64,000 bases of DNA from Takakia lepidozioides (lineage: Eukaryota; Plantae; Bryophyta), in assembly GCA_030704615.1 (NCBI GenBank), contig CM060733.1, forward strand, positions 11,036,001 through 11,100,000. Direction: 5' to 3'. Positions 1-12,540 of this stretch are shown here, piece by piece (positions within the stretch are counted from its first letter, which is position 1; the number at the start of each line of letters is the position of its first letter). Below the pieces are notes generated by a model, which was not told the origin of the DNA, did not search any database, and saw nothing but the letters and a program-made list of their open reading frames with translations. The position numbers and the translations under genes are program-made.

Positions 1-1130
1 CTTGTGGGCAGCAACAACACTGTCCATATCATCACTTCTAAGATGATGTTGAGCTCCCTGCGCAATACAGCGTGAGGGGTTACACCAGAGAAAAGGGTTA
101 CAACACGAGGGGTTACACATGAAAAATGGGTTACAAGGAAGGTGGGCTACACGGGGTTACACAGAGGTGGGTTACAAACCATAGGGATTTTTAAAAGGGG
201 TCCTCTGTAGGTGGGTTACACTCTGGGTTACACGCCACAGGAGAAACAGGGGGGGTAAAACAAAGGGTTACACGGATAGACAACAGCCCGAAATTTGAAA
301 AACAGAGAAATGGCAGGGAATCTAACTTGATTGTCCGTCGATAGAACCCAACTTGATTTTGCAGCTGTCGCATGGACTGCGCCCTCGCCTCGTGCAACAA
401 ATTCTTGGAATGTCGGCCAAAACCCCTTCTCATTGACATTCGGAAATGGGAACTGAGGAATAAGGCCATGCGGTAGCAGAAGGATTGAGCCTGGAGTTTG
501 CTTTCGCAAGATGAACCTTGAGCTCCGGTTTCCCCGGTTTCCAATGTTGATTTTCTTTGCAATAGGGACAGGTAGAGGCGGGCTCAATCGCCGCTTGTCT
601 CTCTCGTTAGGAACCTGCCGAACAGAAGGACCAGGGACAGAAACAGCAGGAGCACCAGAAGATGGAACCTCTGTAGCAGAAGTAGCCGAAGAAGGTACAA
701 CACCAGGCACTTCAACATGATCTGCTAATTCACCCAAAACCACCCTATTTTGCAGAATCCATGCATGATATGCATCAACAGAAGAAGCTGGAACAGAATT
801 CACCACATTTTCAATGGCATGGCATGCTAGAGCTCCGCATCAGGAAACGGTTTTGTTCCTTTCGGTCTGGCCATACATGCGGCCATTCCATCGACAATAT
901 GCCGATTCAATCTGCTCTTATCTACCTTTACTTCCCCACAGTAAGGACATTTGAACTTAGGCCGGCCCTTTGCTCCCTCCACCTTGGCCTCTCTACACCT
1001 GGTGTGGCAGTACACGATCATTGTAGCATGCTCATGCTCAGTGTACCAGAAGCGAACTCGTTCGCCATCCCTCTTCAAGTGATCAAATGGAATAGTAGCC
1101 TCTCCAGGGAACAGATAACAATCAGCCATT
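1..1130 (-). pseudogene. Spliced TE-associated gene with a C2H2-like Zn finger, disrupted; continues beyond the left edge of the window
   Basis: ORF 827-1276 contains CPYCGEVKVDKSRLNRH. After a stop and a 1-nt frameshift the reading continues into ORF 228-806. A GT donor at ~326 and an AG acceptor at ~58 flank an intron filled with GGGTTACA repeats. Confidence 0.5.
70..280 (+). repeat. GGGTTACA minisatellite patch (intronic)
   Basis: About 10 dispersed GGGTTACA/GGGCTACA units. Confidence 0.85.
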
Positions 1131-1419
1131 GCAAAAGAAAAAGCTGACAAAAGAGAAGAGAAGAGCAAGAGCAAGACAAGACCAAGAGAATTCCGAAGAA
1201 CGCACAGCAGGGAGCACGCACAACAAGGAGTGCAGGAAGAATAGGAAATGGTTACGAGAAGGGAAAAACTGAACAATGATCAAAGAACGAAGAACGAAGC
1301 TAGCTAGATGTCACCCGTAAGGCACGTCGGTTAAGCGAAAGACGGCGGTTCATTAAAATCTGGTGGCTTGCAATCAACTATATCCGCATTGACTTACACG
1401 TGTATGAGTTGCAATCCTG

Positions 1420-1870
1420 GTGTCACCCGGAATAGCGGAGTGTAACCCGTAACCCTACACTTGTGAGTGCGACAAACCAGCCGTTACCCGCATGCGAGAC
1501 ACGTCGAGTGTAACCCTCCGTCATGTATCCACATATAATGTAACCCTTCGTCACAACCTCATGTACCCCTAGTCTATGTGACTCCCGAACACAACATCGA
1601 TGTAACCCTGTCATATCAAACCATTAGTATGTAACCTCCAGGTAAACATGGTCAACGTAACACCCCACCTATGTAACCCTAGCCTATGTGGCTCCGTGAG
1701 CGCAACATCCACGTAACCCATCAAACATGTCAACCCCATCTAAACCTCCATTACTAAACCGTCTACCAAGCCACCATGTATTGAGAAAGAAAACACCCCT
1801 GTGTATAACCGTAGCACACGTGACGCAGTCATATAAACCATCAGACATGTAACCGGTTGACAATGCTTGT
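1420..1870 (-). repeat. Degenerate GGGTTACA patch in the opposite orientation (TGTAACCC on +)
   Basis: Repeated tgtaaccc/gtaacc motifs on the + strand. Confidence 0.75.
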
Positions 1871-1919
1871 AGAACACGCAGGATTCGATACGTATTGCAT
1901 CCAGAATAGCGATGAGTAG

Positions 1920-2250
1920 GCTGCCCCGGCTGGTGTGTGAACAAAAGATACACGAGAGGAGAGTGAATGGGCACCCCGTCAAATGAGCGGCTGCTTGCAT
2001 GGCTAGACCGAAAGAAACAAAACCCTTTCCTAATGCGGATCTCAGGAATACCATAGCCATCGGGGACGGTGACAAAACAACAAGAATGACATTGAGAAAG
2101 AAAAAGGATAGAGACAACCGTATCAATCGTAGAGAAAACCGTAGTAATAGATTTACCGGATCGCTGCGCGGAAAGCGTTGTCTTGCATGTTGCTGGGAGG
2201 ACGATACTGAACTGAATGAACTACAAATCTTTTGCATTGATGTGTGAAGC
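1920..2250 (+). pseudogene. Diverged inverted paralog of the Zn-finger gene at 228-1130
   Basis: AACMARPKETKPFPNADL matches AACMARPKGTKPFPDAEL; RINRRENRSNRF matches KINIGNRGNRSSRF. Confidence 0.7.
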
Positions 2251-2414
2251 CGATTGGGCGCCACGGGAATTGCAGAAAGCTGATGCCCCAAAGCAAAAAA
2301 ACGAGCGAGCTAGGAATCTGAAAAACGGATGGAGAGAGCAAATTAGGGTTTCGGCCTCCATTTCAACCTCCATTCGGCCGTCGGATAGTTTACACGTGTA
2401 TGATGTACACGAGG

Positions 2415-3625
2415 CGGAGTTACAGAGGGTTACATGGGTTACAAAGGGTTACAGAGGGTTACATGGAGTGAGGGTTACATAGGGGTGAGGGTGACACTCT
2501 GCGGTGTTACAGAGGGATACACGGGTTACAGAGGGTTACATGGTGGTGAAGGTTACACCTGGTGAGGGTTACAGAGGGTCACAAAGGGTTACATGGAGTA
2601 AGGATTACATGGGGGTGAGGGAGACACTCTGCGGTGTTACAGAGGATTACATGGATTACAGAGGGTTACATGGTGGTGAGGGTTACAGAGGATTACATGG
2701 AGTGAGGGTTACATAGGGGTGAGGGTGACACTCTGCGGTGTTACAGAGGGTTACATGGGTTACAGAGGGTTACATGGTGGTGAGGGTTACAGAGGGTCAC
2801 AGAGGGTTACATGGAGTGAGGGTTACATGGGGGTGAGAGTGACACTCTGCGGTGTTACAGAGGGTTACATGGTGGTGAGGGTTACAAAGGGTTACATGGA
2901 GTGAGGGTTATATAGGGGTGAGGGTGACACTCTGCGGTGTTACAGAGGGTTACATGGGGTACAGAGGGTTTGGTGGTGAGGGTTACACCTGGTGAGGGTT
3001 AGAGAGGGTCACAGAGGGTTACATGGAGTGAGGGTGACACTCTGCGGTGTTACAGAGGGATACACGGGTTACAAAGGGTTACATGGTGGTGAGGGTTACA
3101 GAGGTCACAGAGGGTTACATGGAGTGAGGATTACATGGGGGTGAGGGTGACACTCTGCGGTGTCACAGAGGGATACACGGGTTACAGAGGGTTACATGGG
3201 TTACAGAGGGTCACAGAGGGTTACATGGAGTGAGGGTGACACTCTGCGGTGTTACAGAGGGTTACATGGTGGTGAGGGTTACACCTGGTGAGGGTCACAA
3301 AGGGTTACATGGAGTGAGGGTTACATGGGGTGAGGGTGACACTCTGCGGTGTTACAGAGGGATACACGGGTTACAGAGGGTTACATGGTGGTGAGGGTTA
3401 CAGAGGGTCACAGAGGGTTATATGGAGTGAGGGTTACATGGGGGTGAGGGTGACACTCTGCAGTGTTACAGAGGGTTACATGGTGGTGAGGATTACATGG
3501 AGTGAGGGTGACACTCTGCGGTGTTACAGAGGGTTACATGGTGGTGAGGGTTACAGGGGGTTACATGGGTTGCAGAGGGTTGCAGAGGGTTACATGGGTT
3601 ACAGAGGGTTACATGGTGGTTAGTA
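2415..3625 (+). repeat. 1.2-kb G-rich minisatellite with a GGGTTACA core and higher-order units (GAGGGTGACACTCTGCGGTGTTACA)
   Basis: Tandem GAGGGTTACA/TGGGTTACA/GGTGAGGGTTACA units, with CACTCTGCGGTG recurring about 11 times. Confidence 0.95.
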
Positions 3626-3880
3626 GTTACTGGTGGACTGGTGTCGCAGAACGACGACGTAGGCGGCGACGACGCCGATGGGATGAGAGCGGGGGTGGGG
3701 AGGGATTGTCCGAGCCCAGCTGGCTGCCTTTTGATGGCTGCTAGAGGCAGAGAACCGGCGGTACGGGGTGTCAGGGCTGGACCGTCCTGACGCGCTCGCA
3801 TTAAGTTCTGACATTATTCCTATTATCTTCCGATAAATATGTGTACTTTACTTATGGCATAAATTTATTGATTAATTACA

Positions 3881-4070
3881 GTTTTTCTCAATGATATTTA
3901 AGAACTCCAAGAAGATAACAACAATATATAAATTGATGGATCTAAAGGGACCTAAAGGGATCTAAGATCTGAAAGAAACTAAGGATTTTGAAAAGCTGAA
4001 AAAATGTGGATATTACCAGACATTGTTTTTTCAATGATATTTAACAACTTCAAGAAGATAACAGCAATTC
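3881..4070 (+). repeat. ~45-bp direct repeat pair in AT-rich DNA
   Basis: TCAATGATATTTAA(G/C)AACT(C/T)CAAGAAGATAACA at ~3888 and ~4031. Confidence 0.7.
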
Positions 4071-4524
4071 AACAACAAAATTAATATATAATATTTATTA
4101 ATGGTTCTTCATTTGCAACTGGCATTGAAACCAACAGTACAACAACTGAAATATTTTGAAATGGAATGGTGAACCACCAACATTGTCAAAGTTAGTTTTG
4201 TGGTCAATGTTTTGCATTCAATGATGGCGACTAAAATACACGCAAACGAACTTGAATCAAACTATCTAAGCTGCATCGTAACCTACAATTTCAGAGACAG
4301 GGCTAAGTGCAAATGTGTCTTTCATTCGAATTTTGGACAGCCGACCAACGACACTCACATGATTCTCTCGATGTGTTGTCAAGAGATTAGCTTCATCGAG
4401 CCCTATGATTGTGTGCAACCACTCTCCCTTAACTTGACAATCAACCTTAGAAGCTGTAGTGGATATGCGCCCAGTAATACAACGTGGGTATTTGCAGGAT
4501 TGGGTGTTTCAGTTTTTGCGTAAC

Positions 4525-4625
4525 ATGGTCCCTTGTCCTGGAAATCTACTTCCATGAATGTAGTCATATCCACATCGTCGCTTCACCTCCAGAATGGAGT
4601 GCATATCTGAGCCATTATCCCCAAT
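4525..4625 (-). mobile_element. Short fragment resembling a bryophyte MULE-type transposase, inserted in the RPA-like gene
   Basis: Peptide GDNGSDMHSILEVKRRCGYDYIHGSRFPGQG, recognised from memory of bryophyte MULE-like ORFs. Confidence 0.35.
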
Positions 4626-5904
4626 CGCATATGTTGCCACCAACACTGAGAATATGACATACGATAATAATATATGATGCCTCCCAAAGCAAGAGTAAAT
4701 AATGGTGTTTCTTGACCCTGAAGGGCAACGCCTTCCAGTATGAAGGTGGACACATTTGTGACATTAATCAGTGATTGGACCCACAACCACTTCCGACATG
4801 GTATGTGCCCATTACCAGGAGGCTACAACTTGGTTGTCACCACAAGACCGGGTCTAGCTAGTCTCATCCATGCTGAATATATATGACTCTTCAGTGCCAA
4901 ACAGTTTGTATGTTGAATTTTATATAGTGACTGCAGCTAAAAACAAGTTGATTTGCTCTAGTCCATAGCATTTTATGTTTTGGGTTTTTGAGGTGTCTTC
5001 TTTTGCTAAAAAAACATACAAACCTATAATCTAGAGGTGTTAGGTGGTATATGGACAAGTGGTTGTAAATTCTAGATTTTGATGTCTAAATATTTTTTCA
5101 AATTATAGATTAAAATATCATATTTTTAATCTTTGAGGAGGGGCTCTTTACTAAAAATGTTATACATACTACTATCTATTTTTAAAAAAATAAACTGAAA
5201 GCAATAGATTCAAATTTTTTTTTTTTTTCCATGGACTTCCAATGGACTCAACATGTGCCGCTTTTGATTCACCCAATCCTGCAACTGCCCACCTTCTAAA
5301 GCACATGGATGTATGGCCTGACATGTATTGCAAAAATATTGCCCTCATTGTTGCAAAACAATGTCAATGAAATGGCAGTTCGAGCATATACGAAGGAGGC
5401 TGCGCTGGATACGAGACAACAAAAACCCAGATCACTTGTATTTCCAAAATTGAAGTCCAAATGAGATAATATCCTTACAATGTTGAAATAGTTCGAATTA
5501 AAAAAGTATGATATCACAAAAAATGTTCAAAGCTTACTTGTCGTGCCACATCGGCTTGTGCTCCTTCTTGTGATGTAAGAGTGTTGAAAATTGCTTGAAG
5601 GCGATGTTGTGCAATCGAATCAAGAACATGTGTGACAATAGTTGATAAAGATGTCAGTAGTCGAACATCACCACTGTGAGTAATTGTGATGTGCTTCAGA
5701 ACAACACATGGTACTCCTCCAGACCGGAAAGTTTTTGCCAAGCTTTCATACTCAGAATGAAAGGAAAGAAGAAAATTCACCTACATGACATCAAACACAC
5801 AATGTGTATCAGTTTCGAATGTTTCAAGAAAAAAACCAGATTCACAATAGATATCTGATTGGTACCATGCAGTAAAATGAAAAGAAATAGATGAAAAACT
5901 GTTG

Positions 5905-6480
5905 CCTACACTATGTACAAAGCAGCATTCTATGAACTAAAGCATTATGAAACATGAGCATGCTCTATAATTGTCATGAGTGAAAACCAACAAGTCTGGA
6001 ACACATCTAACTGAAAAATCAAACTTTATGTTCGTGAAATCAAACTTGTGTCATTGTGAATCAGAACAAAGCTGATAACAACATAGTAGATTTCAGGCTG
6101 TAAAATTGCAGAAAATGGATTAAATATAACTAACAAACAAGTCCCGAACTCTCGATTGTGTAGACTTCTAAAACTAAGCATGTATGAATGTCCTAATCAA
6201 TCATTGTGTAAGAGATACTGCCACTACATAATAGATATCAGATTTCTTATCATGCTGTAAGTAGGCATTCCTTTCATTTTACAGATACCGCCACTTATCT
6301 GTAAGTAGGCATTCCTTTCATTGTCATGCCTACACTATGTACAAAACACCGTACTATTAACTGTTGTATGCATGTTGTACAACCATCATGAGTGAAAACC
6401 AACAGGTCTGAAATGCATCTGAATGAAATTCAAACTCTATCATGTTTATGAAACTGAACTTGTATTATTGGGAATTGGAA
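5905..6480 (+). repeat. Diverged ~160-bp direct duplication and a 24-bp direct repeat in an intron of the RPA-like gene
   Basis: GCCTACACTATGTACAAA...CATGAGTGAAAACCAACA at ~5904 and ~6328; CTGTAAGTAGGCATTCCTTTCATT at 6255 and 6299. Confidence 0.75.
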
Positions 6481-8498
6481 GAAATCTGAGAACTAAAAAT
6501 GAAACCTTATGTAACATATGTCATTCCAAATTTGCCATTTTGTAAAGTCAAAAACATAGGTTTTGCACTTACGATCTGGATATCGTCAAGACTGATGCCG
6601 TCGGCAACTTTCAGCTCATATTTGCTGTCAATCTGCCCCAGGACAGATATCTCAACTACCGCAAGAGTGGATGTGACAAACTTCTCTCCCGTGCACGATA
6701 CAAACTCAGAGACTGATTCTGTTGGAAAGAAATAGAGGTCCACAACATGAATGAATGGAGGAAGCACCTCAAATGTTGTGGCAGAGCTAATCCTTATTGC
6801 CACGTCACTATCTCCTTTCTCCCACTTCTGTTTAGGGCGCAAACCAAAGTTCTCACTCAATGCTGCCTCTTTGACAAAACAACTCTCATGGTTCTTCACA
6901 AGGTTGTCATTGATGGTGATTGTGACAGTCTAGATGCGAAATTTGTCCGTCACATTAGCATGAAGGTAAGAAAATGAAGAAGATTCTATGTTAGTCTTCT
7001 CAAAATTTCCATACCTGCTCAAAACAATACACTCAAAGGCTACATCTCTCACACTGTAATCAAGATCATCTACAGTCAAAAGAGGACGGTTACGTCTCAC
7101 AACCATCACACTACCTGAAAAGACAATATTACCTGAAACCAAGGAAGACAAGGGAAAGAAATAATAGCTAGACAATATGTGCTTCAGATCTTCTATACTC
7201 ACACAATCAGCAATGTGACTTAAACACAATCAGCTTTTATGAAGGGTGGAAGCAATAGAAGGTGGAAGCTGAAAAGACAAAGCTATTACTAAATTTCAAT
7301 AACATGTTCAAGAAATATAGAAACTTACCTGTTAATTGCTGACATTCTTCAAACTCCTTTATTACCTGTGCCAAAATCGAAAAAACACAACCACATATCA
7401 TCACCATGGCTATAAACTTGCCCCAAACTATGTAGAATCATGCAGAATCCACTTCTGTTGTATGTGTTGTAGACAACTACATACAAACCATTTCTACATA
7501 CAAACTAGGAACACAAATTATCAGGGCATACCATTGGGGAGTCATGGAAGATGAATCCTGAAATGCTGAAGCTGTAGTGGCATTGTGACTATTATTCTCC
7601 TCCTGCACCATCTGAATGCAACTACAGGCATGGTCCAGATATCTGAGACAGAATGAAGAAAGTAGAGGCAATGTACATACCAATGGTAGACATGCACAAG
7701 CTTGAATGGACAAGACTGACGGTGGAGCAGCTTGCACCACTCGTGGAATCTCAGCACTTACCAACGCATTCCCCACCACTGGCAGCCCTGGACAACCATA
7801 CCCCTGCCATGGTGCCCGTACAATTCTTATCAAATACTTTTAGGGGCCAGGAGTTAGCACTTATTCCACAACTAGACCTCCCTGTCAGCCTCACCTCCAA
7901 AACCTGTCAAAATTCCATGCATCATACCCTTACAAAGGAGAACACAAAGTCCTGCGTATTAGATGTGCAACATGACCAATAAGAGTGGATGCCTCGCCTG
8001 AGTGTGCTGTAGTCCAGTGGTGAATCAGAATTGCAATGTCAGTGTAGACTTCCTCACTGCATAGCAGCAATCCATCTGAGGTCGGAAGATATAGCATAAT
8101 TGGCTAGAGTTAGGTTGACTATTTGCAGCAAGAGAGCTTACCTTGCAAAGCTGGCTTGGCCAGAGGTCATTTTGCCAGCATCATACAGTTTACAAAGATG
8201 TCAACCAAGCAGTGACATGGCCTGGATATTTGCCAACATGCGCACCAGTGATTAGGTTAACTAAACTTGATTGCAAGAAGCCTTCAACGTGTGGACGTAT
8301 GGCCTTTTCAATAATTGACCTGACATAGATTCCATCCTATAAAGACAACATAAGCAAGAGAAACAAACTCTGCACGAGGCTAGATTCTAAGACACACATA
8401 GAGTTGTATGTTTGTTTTGCAAACACAATGATTCTCCTATCAGTACTGGGAACAACAAATACCTAGACAGCATTGATGAGAGAGAGGCAACTGCAAAC

Positions 8499-8901
8499 CT
8501 TAAGAATGCCCCACACATTGAGGATGATCTGAGCGGTGAATTATTTGGGCTTGTAGGCCTGAACTGTGAGCAGAAAATGGTAGTAATTGTCCTTGGGATG
8601 CACCCTTGACACATATCCAAGCTTCATCTGCAAGTAAGAGAGAAACCTGAAAATAAGCAAAAGCTATAACTTGTCACTCTTTCGACCGGTCATGTGATGT
8701 TGTGGAAAAGATTCACAGTATCTGTCTTAGATCATCATGTGTACTGTTAACTCAGACCCTTAATCCATACCTGTCTCTCCACCTATCGATACAAAGAAAA
8801 TGTACAAAGAGGGTAGTTACCTGTTCTGCCCCAGAAAGAAGAGCTTGGGCAGTCCACTTAGCTAGCTTGTTGGCATTGTTCTTAAGCTCTATGGTGAGAA
8901 C
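8499..8901 (-). pseudogene. eIF3d: Captured two-exon fragment of translation initiation factor eIF3d
   Basis: Exon 8821-8901 VLTIELKNNANKLAKWTAQALLSGAEQ and exon 8499-8627 MKLGYVSRVHPKDNYYHFLLTVQAYKPK*FTAQIILNVWGILK, with AG/GT borders and one in-frame stop. Confidence 0.88.
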
Positions 8902-9055
8902 CTGCATACATAAAGAAAGACAAATAGATCATATAAAATGCAAATCAAAGACACAGACAGCGTCTGATGGTAGAGGAGTCTCGCTGGATGACAGACAAAC
9001 TGAGGTGTGCTCATGTCAACCAAAACTGCTCGCCTACTGTGATAAGCAACTCTAC

Positions 9056-9859
9056 CTTTGGCTGGCCTTGCTGGTGTTGATGGAAGTGTGAGCTCATTCT
9101 TCCCACCTGGCTGTGAACTAGACGCTGACAGCTCATGTGAATAACTTTGTCCCACTTCTTCCTGATCCATCACATGCCTATCGGAGACTGGAAGTCTAAA
9201 GGCAACTGTTCCGATGCAGAGAGTACATCTTCCTTAGGTGTGGCCCTCTTGTGATTTAATGTCGAAGAAGTCAAATCCATCATCAAAAAGGCTTTCACCA
9301 ACCCAGCCTGCAGCGACAGTAGGTTTTGCACTGGAGATGGTCGGATGGGTCCCCCCCAATTGTCTCATCCATGAAGTCTTGAACTGCTGAAAATCCTGCC
9401 ATTCAATTTGCAAACTGAATGTTATATACTAGGCGAGTAGCCAAACAGAGAAACAAAAAGGTGGACATGCACGTATGTTCATGTGAGAGAGAGAATCGAA
9501 CTTGTTCTTTTGTGTTTCAACTTTCCCTCATTTTTAAGAACACGGAGAAAAAAAAATGAGCCCTGGTTGAGACAAGAGGGGAGGAGTGTGTTTGCTCAAG
9601 CTTCAGGTACACATGCACATCAAGTTCGATCACATCAAACCTTTACCATACCCAACATATCCAAATTCATTTTTAGAAAGACCACCAGAAAATTGTCTAC
9701 TCATACACGAAGTAAACTGGTCATAGAAAACGGACTAGCCACTTAAGTGAGGTACAATCAAGCCTCAACAGGTGGGGAAGGAAGGCAAACCTTCGTCATC
9801 AAACTTATCCCAGTCCTCATCCCAATCGGTAGCATTCTCCTGAACGCTGCTTTGCCAAC
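9056..9859 (-). pseudogene. Captured two-exon fragment of an EH-domain endocytic protein (AtEH/Pan1-like)
   Basis: Exon 9791-9859 GWQSSVQENATDWDEDWDKFDDE spliced to exon 9056-9395 GFSAVQDFMDE...; matches the plant EH1/EH2 motif GWQPGIQE..WDEDWDK.EDEGF; in-frame stop. Confidence 0.75.
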
Positions 9860-11299
9860 CTGTAGCACCGAATTCAACCCCTTCGAGTACCCTGGAAAAA
9901 CCGATATCGAAGAGAAAACTTTCAGATAATAATTGAAGGTCACTTCAATACATAACTTGTTTCAGCATTGAACAGGTTCCCGACCCTCTGCTTTTTGAAG
10001 TTTCAGCCGAAATGGTCTGTCACAACAGGTGATAATGCACTCTACAAGCTTCGGTGCTGACATCTTGTCAAACAAATAATGTCCACCAAAGGTTCCACCA
10101 ATACGGTCTTCAAAGAGTGCATCTGCTTTAGAAATCAGTTGAACTCCAAAAGTAACGTCTCACTTGAACTGCATATAGGCCAGCAAAGTGGGGCCAATTC
10201 TTTGTCGCCACCACCTGTACATACCCAACAATGCTTGCCCAAATTCTTCAATTGCTCATTGTTTGCAAGCACGGACACAAGGTTGTAGATCTGAGATCAT
10301 GCATAATGTTTACCAATTGATGGCACTTGATCCAGCCTAAAGTGAGAGCGTTTTATCCACAGTGTGATGTAGACCACATCATGCATGGCTGCAGTCAATA
10401 AAGAGGCATTGATTGTACAACTATACGACTGTTCCTGAAGCTGATCAGTCATGAAGTTGTGTGCATTTCAAACACTTGCCATTACATTTTGAGTTTAGAG
10501 CATGTGTAGCATATAGCTTGCAAGCACTAAGTCTATGAGTGTGCGTACAAGCATTTGCAAGGATACCTTCTGTCATTAATGTTCACATTATACCAGATAC
10601 ATACATTTGCAAGACAATATATTGTGTTTACTCATCCATAGCTTACGGTTTAGAGTATTCCTTACAGCTGCAACGGAAGTCTGGATTCGACGGACTGGGC
10701 TCCAAGACTTTCATGCCAAAGACGATGGTGGGGCCCCGGTCCCCCAAAAAGCAGCTAGTGAAAGCTCAGTAACGAGTTGTACACGCCCAACTGTCATTCC
10801 AATTTAAAAAGTTATCACGTCATGCAGTCCGAGGGAAGGCCTGAAAATTGTGACATATAAGTGCTTACAACACCGCACTAGAAATATGAACACTGAACTT
10901 GCCCTACCACCCGACATTGTTTCTCTAAATGTGCTTCCGTGAGGAGGATTAATAAAGAGTCCGAGCGCACCTGCAGGTCCGCATGTTTTTATGACGTCTC
11001 CATTTGGAGCTGAAAACAATCTCCCTTTGCCAGTGTTATATTTGATTGTGTAGGAATTCTGGCATTGAAGATCACTACCTCGGTTAAGAGAATCCCCATA
11101 ACCTGTTGTACAATCAAACTGGGTGCCGAGTTTCTGACTTTCTAGGAAGGGCTTGGGAAACAAAACGGCGTAAACCCTATAAATGACTATCGGAAAGTGT
11201 CCCCCTTTGCTTTCCCTCCCTTCCACTGTCTGCTCACTGGAGGCTCCTGAACCCAAAAATAAGTTTAGGCATCCTGGAGATTGCCGACAAGAACATTCA

Positions 11300-12540
11300 G
11301 ATGCTACTGTGGGACCATTCGAGTTCCACCACTATCCTCAGTGGTCTGGTTGGTGCACTGCACCATTGGTCTTAGACTTTGGAAACACCCACTTACTCTA
11401 ACGCAATCACTTGCCCTCCTAGTTTATAGTCACAAGAATCATTTGCACAATGCATACCCAAATCGTGTCTTCCCAAGAGCCACTCAGGAAGTAATCCTTC
11501 CTTACAGTGTTCCAATCCACTGAATATTTGCAACACTCACCCAATAAACCATTGATTAATGAAATGATTCATACTAAAAAACGTACATGGACATCACATC
11601 TTAATATGTACCACACGATCAGACGCGCCCTCACTATTATACCTACCACCACCCCCATACACCCGGGGAATAATTGGACATCGGACCTCACTATTATACC
11701 TACCACTACCCCCATACACCCAGGGAATAATTGGACATCGGATCCACGTATCACTTGCCTAAATACCCTAACAACATGTCAAGCACTTATACCTCCACCT
11801 GCCAATTCCCAAGATATTCCTAACTGGATAGCTGCTCTCTCCAAAGTTGGAAGAGATGCAAAAAAAGCCGCTTACAGTATTACCAAACAAAAAGCCGCCG
11901 CCAATCACAAAAAATTTGTCTCCTCTTTTAACCAATTGCTACGCGACCACCCCAAAAAAGCTCACAGAGCCATCTTTAACCTGCCCTCAACCCACCCATC
12001 GATTGTCTCAAACACAAGCATGGCCACCTACTAACCAATCCAACGGACATCAACCAAGAAATATGGTCACAAGCATCCTCAACCTACACACCCACAGTTA
12101 CAAACTGTTTACATCCCAGCCTCCACACTGCCAATTGTATGTGTAAAGCAAAACACTACCCATGGCATGATATAGATGGCTTATCGATTGACAACAGAGG
12201 ATCCCCAACGGACTGCATTCTAGACTTATTCACAATAGATCTCTACGAATCATGTCTCAAAAACCTATCTAAATCTAAAGCCCCAGGTCCCGATCTTATA
12301 CCAAATGCGATACTTCAAGCATTGGACCCCCAACTTCATCACCTCATTTTTAAATTTTTTCAACTATGTTACAAACTGAAACAAATTCCATACTCTTACT
12401 CCTGGAAGCATAGCTGCACCATTTTACTCTTTAAAAAAGGTGACCCTACAGATCGAGCAGTAATTACAAACCCATAACACTGGCCAACACCATATACAAG
12501 CTATTCACCAGCACATTCACCACAATGCTCTCAAACACAT
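11300..12540 (+). mobile_element. Degenerate non-LTR retrotransposon fragment (start of RT; possibly RandI/Dualen-like)
   Basis: KSKAPGPDLIPNAILQAL...WKHSCTILLFKKGDPTD..(frameshift)PITLANTIYKLFTS; A/C-rich coding strand; internal 57-bp tandem duplication at 11630-11742. Confidence 0.8.

Larger units (their letters stand above)
4266..7230 (-). pseudogene. Decayed RPA70-like OB-fold ssDNA-binding gene of the kind carried by plant Helitrons
   Basis: DBD-A-like segment (FECIVLSRY...ITINDNLVK...ENFGLRPKQKWEKGDSDVAIRISSATT) and DBD-B-like exon 5538-5780. DBD-C Zn ribbon ICSNCH...YFCNTCQ at ~5320-5390. C-terminal KVDCQVKGEWLHTIIG...SEIVGYDAA*. Stops and frameshifts are present. Confidence 0.6.

Noticed and set aside
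2504-3801. Several ORFs (MRVTLCGVTEGY…) in the minisatellite
   Set aside because: They are translation artefacts of the repeat.
3740-3810. Hairpin GTCAGGGC…GTCCTGAC and a nearby CTAG as a Helitron terminus
   Set aside because: Spacing and flanking bases do not fit the hairpin-CTRR|T arrangement.
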